Below, piece after piece: positions 38,479-51,430 of a stretch of 64,000 nt of DNA. Numbering within the stretch: the stretch's first letter is position 1; each line of letters opens with the position of its first letter. The notes beneath the pieces were generated by a model. That model did not search any database. It was given only the letters and a program-made list of their open reading frames with translations, and was not told the origin of the DNA. The stretch spans positions 2,580,436-2,644,435 of the forward strand of contig SMSO01000031.1 in NCBI GenBank assembly GCA_004764695.1, in the 5' to 3' direction. Source of the stretch: Schizochytrium sp. TIO01. Taxonomy: Eukaryota > Protista > Bigyra: Labyrinthulomycetes. Both the position numbers and the translations under genes were made by a program.

Positions 38479-38670
38479 ATGCTGTTAGTTCTATTATTTT
38501 GTTGTTCAATATTAGGCGATGCTCTCTCTGAAGGTAAGTTTATTTTTTGTTTCGAAAATGCGCAAAAGGATATACTCACTTCGTCGACCCATGTCTATTT
38601 TTTGATCTTCACAGCGCAGATGAATACGTGGGCAAACAAGAAGCCAACTGGTTTTATTCCATGGATTTAA
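38479..38670 (+). CDS. Candidate spliced micro-ORF with signal-peptide-like N-terminus, join(38479..38533,38615..38670), 36 aa; may instead be a lncRNA
   Basis: MLLVLLFCCSILGDALSE is followed by AAG|GTAAGT donor (38534), branch-like TACTCAC (38573-38579), T-rich tract and CACAG acceptor (38614). Confidence 0.3.
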   Translation: MLLVLLFCCSILGDALSEGKFIFCFENAQKDILTSSTHVYFLIFTAQMNTWANKKPTGFIPWI

Positions 38671-39691
38671 AAAAGGAATAAATTTTCTATTTTTATCAGT
38701 CGTTAAATCATGTTGCATGGCTGTCTCGTGTAGATTGCTTTTGCTTCTTTCTAGGGACGCCTGCCGTTGGTGGTATTGGCGCGATCTTAACCCTTTCACG
38801 TTGGCTATTCTTTACTACTATTTATTTTCTCGAAATATCAAATCAGTCAGAACAAAAAATGATCAAAATTCTTTAGTATTAGTATTTAAAAAAATAGTTC
38901 TAAGTAATTCGCAAGTATTTGGTTCCACACTAAAAAGGTGATCCGGCAGCTTTGTAGGTGTGTGTTATACTAGCAGCAGTAAGGAAAACACTATTATACA
39001 GGTCCCTAACTCAGATTTAAGGGAAAGTCTTTCGACATTATCACAAAGTACCAATTGAGTATTACTACTACCTTCATGACAATTTGTTTCCTTTCTCATA
39101 AATAAGAATAAGCTTTTTTTATTTATTTTTTAAAAATTAAAATTAAATGGACCTTTATTTAGGCTAATTCATATTTATATATTTTTATTTTTAAATATAC
39201 AAAAGCTCCTTTCCATTTGTCATCTGTTTTAGAGTATACAATTTGGAACCAGTTTGAAGAGCTTGTTTTAAAGTTACAGGTCAGGCCCTTCGAAGACAAT
39301 GAAAGGTTATTAGGGAGATAGCAGTTGAGCTTGAATGTCTCATGTAATCGGGGCGGACGCAGGCGCTCTAAAGGGATTTAGAAGAATACAAATCCTGCAA
39401 ACAAATACACATAATAAATAGCTAGCTAGCTAGCTGCGATAAAGCAGAGCAGAATTGGCACACAATTTCCCATTCTCAAGGCTTTCGGAAGCTATTCATT
39501 CCGCCATCTTCCAAAAAACCATTTGCTCTAGTAGAGAGTCTGTCATATGTAGCTAGCTAGCATTAACTCAGTTGCCATACTGAGACTACCTAGCAATGAT
39601 CAAATTGTTTGTAACTGCGCGCTGCTGCCTCATGGATGGAGGAGGTCTTTCATCTACCTCGCTCCCAATTAATTATTCATTCTTCTGGGCT

Positions 39692-39692
<1 letters not shown>

Positions 39693-39730
<38 letters not shown>
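39693..39730. repeat. (CT)19 microsatellite
   Basis: Read directly from sequence. Confidence 0.95.
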
Positions 39731-39734
<4 letters not shown>

Positions 39735-40384
39735 CTGTCTCCCAAGCAAGCAAGCAAGCAAGCAGCAAAACTTTGCACCGTGACGCAATTGCAGAAGATT
39801 GATCAAGCTCCCTCCGCCTCCGAGCGAGCGAGTTAAGTCACTTCCGTACATCGCTACCGCGTGCATCTATAAGCGGAAGTAGTTATCATCTATCAATCAA
39901 TAAGTCAATTAACAGGCGTAAGCCGCCCAAACTGGGAACCCTCACGGAGAGTCGCGAGCTCGCGAAGAGAAGGGACTGCAGGCCAGATGCCGAGTGGCTC
40001 TATCCTCCGCGCGTCCGTCCATGCAGTTAGCTGCTTTGCTGAGTGCAAATGAACGAGCATTCGTGCATGCATGCGTGTAAGTTCGCACGCTAAAGATTAA
40101 GATTGCCGCAAGCAAGAAAGAACTGACCGCCTGGCTCGCTTGCGAACTCATCTGGCTGGCCACTCCTGCACCTGTGGCCCAAGTAGTACCAGCTAGCTTG
40201 CTAGCTACCGTGACCCACCGCTGCCTGTTTGCTCAAGTTCCCAAACTGGCGACGAGCTTCTCAGCCTTCGCTAGCTTCTTCCCAACTTGCTTGCTCGCTT
40301 TTGCTCTGCGAATTCTGTCTTGCTCTGCGATTGCTCGCTCTGCGATGGCTTGCTTGCTTGCTTGCGTTCGTCTCGTCTTGATTG

Positions 40385-40417
<33 letters not shown>

Positions 40418-43400
40418 CATGCAGGCATGTTTTACGTTGAGAACAAACATGGAGCGGGAAGGCAGATCTTGAAGCAGGGGCCACAAGGCATCCATGAATC
40501 GCAGCAATCAGCAAATTGGCAGTTTAGCCTCATTTTCGTGGTCGCGGGCGTTGAGAGGCGAAGTAACGCCCAAGCCAACATCTCCTGAGGTAGGTAGGTA
40601 GGTAGGTAGGTATCCAACCGTGGAGGGCACTTGCTTTGGAGGTTGGCTGTAACTAACTAGCTCGCGTAAGGCTGCTGCAACTTGGACGTGGACTTGTTGT
40701 AGTAAAAGGCAGGCAGGCAGGCAGGCAGACAAACTGCTTGCTTCCCTACCACTGCGGCTGTGCGTGCATTTGTTTGACAGCGCCGCAGCTCCGTCGAGGC
40801 AAAGCAGCAGCTTCTCCGTGGCAGTGCGAGCGAGTGTCCTGTCTGCTTTGTTTTTCTTTCTTTGCGGGAAGGAGGGCAGACAGTCTTTCAGGAGGAAAGT
40901 GATGACCACCGGTGGACCTACAGAGAGAGGGCACTGCGACACACGGTCGTCACGGTACCGCCTCACTTCATGAGTGAGGGGCTGCGATTGCGACACCACA
41001 TGGTCAGAAGAAGCGAAACGAGTCCTTCGCAGAGGACGTGGCTTCTTTCTAATTGATTCTTCATTTTGCAAACATACAAACAAACAAACAAACAAACCAA
41101 TGAATGAATGAATCAAATCTCTTTAGTGACACAAGACGCAAGTTTCAAAGGTTGCTAGCAAAGGTGCAAAGGAAGAGAGCCAAAGCACCAGTTGGAAACT
41201 TTCTTTGACCAACTCGAGTACTACGCGAATAGACTCTTGAAAGGAGACCAGAATAAGAGCAAAGTTCCCTCCGTTGAAGCCAGAAGAAGCAGCGGCCAGT
41301 CCGCTGTTCTACAAGTCTTGCTTCAATGCTTTTCTTCTTCTACTTGTAGATTAATTTTAACAGAGGAGCCTTTTGTCTGTTTGTTTAGCTCTATAGTTGT
41401 TAGTTCATTGAAGTGCATATAGGCCTTGCAGCTGTGAATACTCATCCAAACAGGTCCCCGTTGGGAATAACTTTGATTTACTAGCAAATAAGAGTCAGGA
41501 CCTTTTTTTCTTCTTTGAAGTGCGTACTTATTTTCCTTAGCTTTGAAGAAGAAAACCAAACTGCTGCGCGATGTATGCTTTCGCTAGCGCAGTCAGAGGG
41601 TTATTTCATCCTATCCATCTTATAATATGATAGTGATACGCGCCTTGAATTGCATCATGTTGTAAAAGGTCAGGGAAGCTGATGAGGAATCAGCAGTCCA
41701 TAAACATGATGTGAATAATGCACCCACCCACCTCAGGCCGGCGTTGGACTTTGATTAAAATTGGAACCTATTCAATTAAACGCCCTCATCTCTTTTCGCG
41801 AAAGCTATTCGAGGAATACAGGCCATTTTCCTTGCTCAAATATCGTGTAGATTTCATATAATAAAACAAACTAGTCAATAATAAGCCTATTTTTGCTCAA
41901 TATATATGTTCGGATTATTATTTTCTAATTATGAATTTTAAAAAGCATTGAAAAGAAAACTTAGTAATAGTAAGCACGCTGTTGTAGGTTCCCTTTGATA
42001 ACAAAATGTGAACTCTTTCTCTTCAGAATTTGTTTAGAGAACTCCGTCGGGAATAAGCGCGAGGTGCAAGAAAACCAAAACTATGAATAAAGTACTTTGT
42101 TGGCTAGCTAGCCAAGTATCGCTGCACCTTCACATAGCATAAACACTGCTGAGCCTGAGTGTCCGTTTCTTTTTCTTTTTTCTTTTTTCCTTCTTTCCCG
42201 TCTATGAGATCAGGTGGCATCTATATTCAAAATTTTATCTTATCTTTTTGAAATCAATTTATTATTTATCCTTCAGAAGACCAAGCCTTTCGAACTCGAA
42301 TTGATACAAACGGGCACAATTTTCGAATAAAACAAAACAATTGCTATTCCTTACATTTCATCTGGGTCTTTTCTGGTCTTTGGTTGTATGTAAGAAGGGG
42401 CGAACTCAGAGATCATGAAATTAGATAGTAGGAAACGGAAACCCCGTTGTAATATTGACGCAGTGGTTGGCTTGCTTAGTCTCGTCTACGGTGCAGGGGA
42501 CGCCTATGGCGTTGAGTGATCACAGATCCTTTTAATTGGACGCCTTACAGAAGCCAAGTTCACCTCAGGGGTATAAATATAAGACATTCTGGCTCGCGTT
42601 ATGCAAACAGGCGTCCCGACCAAAGACGAGCGGCGCTGCTCAGTTTTTCTTCTAGTTTGGTCCTGATACTCTTCACATCATGTACATTCTCACATTACTC
42701 CGTATCTGCAGGTATCAAGATAAGCAATCAAACTTGCTACTAAGAATGGCTTATTAGCTAATCAGCCATCGGAGGCGGTGGTGGTGAGCATCTTGATTTT
42801 GAAGGTAACGAATGTGTCCACGCGAAGTGACGGTTAAAGCTCACAGCCTCTTGCTTGTTAACCTGGATGCATAGTCTAGACCACAACAATGTAGAAAAAC
42901 CAAAACAAAAGAAAACCCTTTTCTTGTTCAATTACTTGCTCTAGCCAAAACAGGAGTATAACTGGCATGGCTCTACGCCAAAAACTTCGCCTCGCGGCCA
43001 AAGTTTATTTTGATTTACCTCAAAACAAATTAAATTTATGATACATGCATAAGAAATAGTTTTCCAGATGATTATAACTTTAAACTAAATTATAAAAAGA
43101 AAACCGTAAAGAATTATGTTATATGCATGAAATTTGCACGTTGTCGTACCCATGCTTTCCCAGTTTAGAGGTCGCTTTTTAAATAATCTACGAACATACT
43201 GGGACACCTTGCCCTTCTTCGTGAAATTGGACTCGGTCTTCTTATTATTTCGTGATTTAAAGCCTTTTCTTTTTAAAAAAAAAAAGAAAAAAAAGTTTAC
43301 AAACACAATGATTTTGCCTATAAACATAAATCAGGTCATCTTGAAGACATCATCTAAACAAATCTAGATTTGCAAGCATGAGTATATATTTTCTCGACCT

Positions 43401-46400
43401 TGATATAGAGTCAATCAAATTATTAAAGAACGTCTGAAAAGTACAACTCAGTATAATTGGATATATAAACGCGTTTAGTATTCAAAACAAAGAAAGTTGA
43501 TTAGACAAATCCGTCGCAAAGCTAGCAGCGCTGCTTACTCATACAACAAACTGATGAGTCAAATTTTATTTCTTCCTTCTAAATCTGCTCAAGAGTAGCC
43601 TGCAGACTCAGCCCGACATGCTTCATCTTATTTCAAGTAAAAGCACCTACCAATAATAAATTTTATTAGACGCTTGGCAGGGAAGAAGTAGAGTTAGAGA
43701 TCGCAAAAACCCACACCTTCACCGAGATGGGCGACAAGCCATGAGTTGTAAAAGAGATTTTTGTAACACCAGTGGCTCTTTCCCTCGCTACTGCACCGTG
43801 AAAAATAATTTACAGCTGCATTTTTCCGAAGTGAAATTACCTATGATACTATTTTAGCCTACACGTATATTAGAGGCCCGCACGCCTATGCTTGCCTTAC
43901 CCACGTGGCCAAGCCATCCAATTTATTGCTCCAAGGCCTTACATTCTTTATTTTGGTGTTTGTTTCGCACAAATAAACACAGTTTGTTATCACCTGTTTT
44001 GTACCACAAGTCGATCGCCACACCTAGAAGAGAAGAGACACACATGGTAAGTCCCCTTCGATGTTACGTTAAAAAAATATTAAGAAAAGAAGATGTTCTA
44101 AATTTTTTTGCAAATGAGATCGAACTGTTTTTTTTATTAATAAAAAATAAAAAATAATATCTAAGCAATATAGGTCTTTCGGTATACTACTATACTAATT
44201 ATTAATGCAATCTGTTCTTTTAGTTTATAAGTTTATTATTATTTTAATATTGGAATATTGGAACAGGACTTGCTAATTTAAAGCAATAGAAAAAAACTCT
44301 TTGTTGGGAATAAAGCAGTAAATTAGATCATCATAATCACTTTACCTCTTCCCCCCTTTTTTTTCTTTTTTAAAGAGAAAATAATACCATCTCTCAGATT
44401 AATAGATTCGTTAATCATTACATGTAAAAATTACTAAAGTTTAGATTTTTAAACTTTCGTTGATACTTTTCCTTTTCATTTTTGGTTTTTATGGCTTTTA
44501 AATGTCATGTACTCTAAGTCAGGTGACGATCGCAGGGGCTCAGGTGCGATCTGCCATAATCATGGTTTCGAAGGAAGAGTTAACGGGTCTTTTGGTTTTT
44601 GCGAAGATCACATTAAGGTTTTCTTTCTAATCAGCCAGCAGCTTGAGTGATGATGAGTGAACGTGAATCGTGTCGATCACTCTGGCCTTTTGAAAGTCCG
44701 CTTAGTACTTTTTTGCACTCGAGCCTTGAAATCATCTTATCAATTTGCCAATGGAAGGATAGAAGGACGAGCCGAGCTAAAAACAGCACGAGCCGCAGAG
44801 TGAGTTACTGACTTACCAATGTGCCTTCTTCATCGTTCTCTGTGGATGATGAAACGCGCGATTTTCGACTTTCGACGCGAAACCAGTTAATCTTGAATTT
44901 GAAACAAGAACCTCCTCCTCCTCCTCGGTAGGTAGGCAGGTAGGCAGGTAGATAGCTGAAGCTACTCAATAAAGAAACAATTGAACAAATCAATAAATAA
45001 AAACTTCACAAATCTCCTACGATGATCCAATACAAAGGATATTAAGCGAACCGGTATCAATATATCGGCGTTCCTGCCCCTGACTGTGCTTGCACCCATC
45101 GCAGCTCGTCATTATGACGACCCTCCTTGAGCCTTCAACGACACGAGGCACGAGCATGTAGCTCAAGTGCAGGGGCGACGCGAGACGGGCCGGAACAAAG
45201 ATGGTCTGTCCTCCTGGTCCTTTTTGGTTTCATTTCCCCCCTTTTTTAATAGGACTGTTCTCGTGCAAAAAAGTTTTCTCTTCGAGTCTTGCGTTGCACT
45301 CTATTGCTCTTACATGTACTTACTTACCTACGTACTTCTTTCTTTCTTTCTTTCTTTCTTTTCAATAACAAGTAAATAACATATATGCAAGTATTATCAT
45401 TTTACTACGTATCTTGATACAATTTAATGAGTATTCGAATTGATTCTCTTTCTTTCGTTCCAAAGTATACTATTTTTGTTCTGTAAAACATTTCCTTTTT
45501 AGTTTAAATTTGTAAATATTTAGTACTATCACTAAATAATAAATTTCACCTAGATCAATCCAGCTGTTCTTTAGTTCCAATAGGACCAATTCGCAGACCT
45601 CCGACACCACCAGGAGCTGAGTAAGCCAGCCAGGGACGAGTGACCCAGGCTTAGACCAAAGCACACGTGCTTCCGCTTCTTTCAATAAAGTACATGCGCA
45701 CTGTTGCTGGTGGCCTCTGCTGTGAACAGGTCAGGAGTACGTGAAGTAGGGAGGTAATCAATTAATCACTGGCTGACTGGCTAGATAGGAGAAGAATACG
45801 GAGAATCCGCTCGCTAGCCGCCTAAATAGCCATTTCCCTACTTACGTACTCTTACTCCCTTTACTTTACTTTGCCATGCACGTATGTATGTATGTATTCG
45901 AATCCTCAATCATCGGCACGGCACCCTGGAGGAAACCTAGCAGCTTCCGGAACTGCGCGAAGCTTCACGACGAATAGCCAGAGAGAGAGCCAATGCGGCG
46001 TCTCAGCCATGCAATACCTACAGTGCATCTGCGTACAGCGCGTGTATAGTTGCTGGGGTTGCTTGCCTCGATGAGCAGTTCGATGATTTCTGCGTGGCTT
46101 GCTGCCTATTTCTCTTATGAATTCATTCTAGCGAGAGAGAAAGAATGTGATCCTGAATGACAGACTACATCCGACATGACCTTGCGAAGTGCAACTAATC
46201 AGTAATAAATAATAAACCGCCCGCACTCCGTCGAGTGTTCTTCCTTCGAATCATCAGTGATGCTGTCGTGCTCGAGAACTTCGGTGCTCAGTGTCAGCCC
46301 CCTACGAGATGGCAGGCAGGAGTTTCTGTCGTGCGACTTGATTCCCTTTCGTTTCTTTTATAGAATTGTTTCTCACCTCACATTCCAGTTAGTAATAACT

Positions 46401-47217
46401 CGAGCTGAAGAAGGGTACTTTAAGTACTCACAATCCGTTTGTTTCTGTCTTTTGCTGCCAGTGTTTTCAAGAGATACTGTTTCAAGTATAACCTAATCTT
46501 GAACCTCTTCCTCGCCTTCTAGCATCACTGTTCTATGGACTCCCGGAACGGCAACTGCGAGCTACAAAGCTGACGGTTCATACTTCATTAGATCTTTTCA
46601 CATTGGGCTCATCTCTGGAGGAATGTCCGCGGGTGTCTACGCTGGCGACCTCAACTCTGAAACAGAGGAGAACAGAACACTACCGATATTACGAAAGAAC
46701 GAAAGAACGAGGAGAACGAGGAGAGCTAATCTTGGAGACATGAGACAAAGAGACGAGCAGCAGATAGAAAGCACACTCACTCACCTTTTCAACAGCCGCC
46801 CAGACCAAAGAACCACTCTGTGAACCACAGGCACGCATGCTTTCACCAGCAGGGAATCACTCCCTCACCGACGACGATCAACTTGCTTCTCCATTTTTCA
46901 GAACAAGTCGTTCCTGGTAGGTAGGTACTTCACTTATTCACTTATTCACTTACTTACCACTCACTTCCCAAGTTCCATAGAACAGAACACAAACAAACAA
47001 CTCCTCCTAGCACTCCGCTATCTTCTACTACGCGCAATATCGTGTCCTTCCGGCGTTAACGAGACGCGTGCTCGAGGCCTTTGAGACCTGGCCGGAGAGA
47101 GGGCAACAAATTCCGGTCTCGCTCACGAAAAGGCACGCAAAGACTCGCCAGAGCAGCCAGCGAGAGGGACTCAGAAGGAAGGCCTTTGCAGTCCAGAAGG
47201 AAAGAAAACACTACCAC

Positions 47218-47220
<3 letters not shown>

Positions 47221-47268
<48 letters not shown>
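47221..47268. repeat. (CAG)16 trinucleotide repeat, apparently non-coding
   Basis: Read directly; surrounding ORFs are short, start at non-ATG codons and lack codon bias. Confidence 0.95.
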
Positions 47269-47269
<1 letters not shown>

Positions 47270-50010
47270 GGTGGTCCCTCGTTGCCAGCTAGTTGATGAA
47301 GCGCTCGCGAATGAAAGAAAGAAAGCAAGCTTGCTTGAGTGCAACGAGCGTCGCAAGAAGAAATCCGGTAGCGACGGGTCGAAGAAGCCTTTGCACTGAG
47401 TGGCCTAGTTCTGCCGGTGGCTGGCTGGCTGGCACGAGAACGGCACGAAGAGGACAGAGGAATAATCGAAACACCAACACAGGCTTTGGGCATTTTGAGC
47501 AAAAGCACCGATGTTTGCTCGCCATCCTGCTTCAGGTTAGATTACCAGGAAGAGCTGAAGATGGACGGAGCCTTTGAAAGCTGCTCTAATCTATAGCTAC
47601 CCGCTTTCTTCACCTCTACATCTATCTGCGTCGGATGCGACAGCAAATGTTGGGAACAGGCAGGCTACGGTTGTACCCAGCGATCGAAGAGATTGCAAAG
47701 AGTTTAACTACTTCGAGAAGAAGAATTTTGCGGGATGTGGAGGTCCTGTTATGATGGTAGTAGAGAAGAACGAGTGACCGTGTTTCATTCAACAAACCAC
47801 ATAGATTTTTTAAGTCTAAGCTCGCCCCACCCGCTTCATTTCACTCTAGTTACTTTAAGCGTTATCAAAAAGCCAATAAAAGCAAGTTTGTTTTATTATT
47901 CTTTTTTCAAAGATAAACAGGACCAAAAAGCCGAAGCCTTCGCAGTCAGGAAAGCCGCCAGGCCTCTCGCGCAGTTTGGGTTGTGCTAGGAAGATGTTCT
48001 TGCCTTGCCTTCACGTTCTGAATAAGCTCTTGCCTTCACGCTCTGAATTAGCTTGCTGCAGCGTATTTTCGCGTAGAATGGATGCTCAATAAGCTTGCTT
48101 GCTTGTAAACTTGCATGATGGAAAGCTAACGAGATTTAGTTGGCTGCTTCAAGTATTACGAGGCTCCCTCCCTCGGTTTCACCTGTTCTGTTCTTTCCTA
48201 GAATCACAATTTATGAAACAATAATGAAACAATAATAAATTAATAAAAAGAACAAATTTTAAAAGGGTGTTCTAGCAAATAGAATAATTTATGTTGAATC
48301 TCTCTTTCGCGGCTTTTTTCTTCTTCTTCTTAAAAAAAAAAAAAAAAAAAAAAAGTTTAAAATATATGTATTAACTTCGAACAGAGTTAAAAGTTTTGTA
48401 TTAAAAAAAAGAAGTGATTTTCTTCTTTTCTTTTTAGATGATATAATGGTACGTTCTCTTTTTCTTTTCTCCTTTGTTTCTTTCTTCTCTCCAAAGCCTT
48501 ACAGCACATACATACATACACACATACATTCATACAAACGCACATGCCCAATTTGACAATGGCTTCTACCTAACACAGATACATCAGAAGAGAAAAATCT
48601 AGGTGAATAAGGCCGAATCTTTTGCAGAATATTACAGGCTTTTCAGTCTGCGTTGCGATATGTATCAGCGTGTCTCCTCAAGAGAAGCTCTCAAGAGGCC
48701 TCCATGATCTGGAAACCTGCTAAATCAATCAGACGCTGATCTTCCCAACCGGACACAAAGCAACAAGTAAGCAGTCTTAAACTATGCTGTGCATGTCTTG
48801 TTTTATACCCAAATTGAAGTTTGCCACACAGGCCGCGGTAGTAGTAGACGCGGTGCTGCCTTCTCGTTTCTAGAAGTACCTACAAACCAGAGTCTTGGAC
48901 ACCATTGCTGTTTGCGTTTTCAGCGTATCGTTAGCGTATCGTTTGGCACGAGATATAAATAATTTCACATGTCGCCAGAAGCCAACGGGAAGTAAGATGG
49001 TGCTACACTTGTTGAAATGAAAAGTCGCTACTGCAATCGAGCACCTCCGATCTCACTCGCAGCCGAGCGAGGACGCACGGGGGTGTGCCGGCCCACCCGC
49101 GCACCTGTTTAGTTGCCTGCCTGCCGGCCTGCTAGCTTGTTCGCTCGCTTGTTGTTGCTCTAGAGGCTCTCGATACTCCATGCATGCTTTTGTTGAAGCT
49201 CGCGCTTCGCCAAAAATAAATAGCGTACCCTCGAATTTCTTGAAAGCATTCGAAAATACACACTCCATATCGTCTTTCTCCCCTCACCTCAGGTGCCAAG
49301 TAAGATAAGAAAAGAAGGAAAGAAAAGAAAAGAAAAGAAAAGAAAAGAAAGAAGACAGAGATAGGCACTTTGTTGAGAGCTAAGGAGGGTTTTCTTTGTC
49401 CTGCACAAATCACGGCTCGCGTTTGAAGGGGGGAAACTACGATTCATCGACTCTTTCCGCTTCAAGCTGTCGCATTTTCTAAATCCAGTCAACACCTCAA
49501 TACCTGACCTTGAAGATAAACCACCATCAATCGCTAGCTGGGCCGCCATGAAGTCTTGAAGCATCATGATATATAGATTGTGTAAAGCTAGCCTGCCTAC
49601 CTTTTACTCTGCAAACTCGAAGCCTTGCCATCGGCTTCTTACTTCGCTTCTTCGAGCATCCCGGTAATCGACGTGATCCGTTTCCGATTGTCAAATGAAT
49701 GAATGCACGCATCCCTTCAACTCCGCTTTAATCAGACGACCACGATGCAATTACCCAATCTTCTTTCTTTCTTTCTTATTTGTCTTTCTTTTCCTTCATC
49801 CCTCAGTGTGTCATTCCATTTTTCGTTGGTGGACACAGCAAAGCCGTCCGCTGCATCCGTGGCGGGTTCCCCCGCGCGCACACTGCCTTCCCTCAGAGTC
49901 CTCCTCAGAGTCCTCTTGCTACAACGTTTTGTTTATTTTTATTTGAAGTACTCAAGTAGAGACTGAGGTTACGAAGACCAACGAATCGTGCATGACCGCT
50001 TTAATTAATT

Positions 50011-50045
<35 letters not shown>
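50011..50045. repeat. (AATC)n microsatellite
   Basis: Read directly from sequence. Confidence 0.9.
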
Positions 50046-50641
50046 TCTATTATAGAAAATGAATGCGAGGGCCAGTGCCCATATCGTTTCCCATAGAGGG
50101 AGTGTCTGTTTGAGGCCATTTGAGCAAGCTGCCACCGGCGCGCTTGGGCCCCGTGGCTCCTTCGTAGCTTACTTAGCTTGAAGCAGGCAGGTCACTCGAG
50201 CAGGAAAGAGACGGGCAGCTAAGAAAGGGTCCTTCGCCAAGAGCGTCCATAGATCTAGAACGAGGCTCGCCTGGTGGGTAGAAAGCTGCCCGGTAAGATG
50301 ACCCTGTCCTACTCTAATCTCGTGTGGTAGCTAGCTACTCTAGATCATGGCTTGCCAAACAAAACAAAAAAACACTTGCAAGGACGCCAGGCAATGATAG
50401 TTATAGTTTAGAGATGGGGGTCGATGAATTGAGTGAGTTTGAAGCAACGCTCGCAAGAAGAGAAAGAAGATGAAGAAGATGAAGAAGAAGTGGCCAACGT
50501 CAGCTTCTGGAGATCAACCAATCAACCAACCAACCGATCAATCAGTGATGCTAAGCAGCAGAGGTAATGAGTGAGTCCAACTTGCCTCCCTCCATTATGA
50601 ACCGCCGATAGTTGAGTGTGGTAGTACTAACGTAGGAAAGG

Positions 50642-50793
<152 letters not shown>

Positions 50794-50999
50794 AAAAGGT
50801 TTTCATCGCTGCGAGTGCCCCGTCAAGTGCGTAATGGCGAAAGGTAATGCTGCAAGGCGATGCGGATGCTACGAGGTGTACTACCAACAGGTGTCTCATG
50901 TCCAAACACAATCAAGAGCGCCTCAACTAACTTCACGCGGGCGGATGCAAGGACACGTCCGTATTGTCGAAAGTCTATTTGTTTTCATACTTTATTACT

Positions 51000-51430
51000 T
51001 TTTTAAAGAGAGAAAGAAAAGAACAATACGAGCTGTTCTATCTATTCCAGTCGAACTCAATTGATGGTTCTTATTTCTTTTCTTTAATTAGTAAAACAAC
51101 TTTTTAAAATTAACGAATAGTAAAAGATGAATAGCAAGAATAGCAAAAAAATAAAAATATTTGATGTTCTTTTTAATAAAGTATTGTGTTCTCTTAGATC
51201 TGCAAAACATATTTTAGTTTTTTATTATTTCCCATGCATGTTCTTTTGCATGATAAGATTGTTTAAATAACTTTATTTATTTATTAAATTATTGCCTTTC
51301 TAAGTTCTTTATTATTCCTAAAACACACACTGAGCGAAAAGGGCGTTCTAATTAATAATAACAAGAAGGATTAGAAAGGCAGCGTTCTTTCTCTGTCTAG
51401 TTACCATAGCCTCTTCTTTTTTTTTATTAA
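51000..51430. promoter_or_regulatory. AT-rich island with dense GTTCT/AGAAC motifs
   Basis: About 9 AGAAC/GTTCT in ~400 bp, 8 in the GTTCT orientation. Function inferred only. Confidence 0.4.

Noticed and set aside
25889-43560. CTGATGA hammerhead-core matches (~25889, ~41679, ~43551)
   Set aside because: No stem II followed by GAAA at any site.
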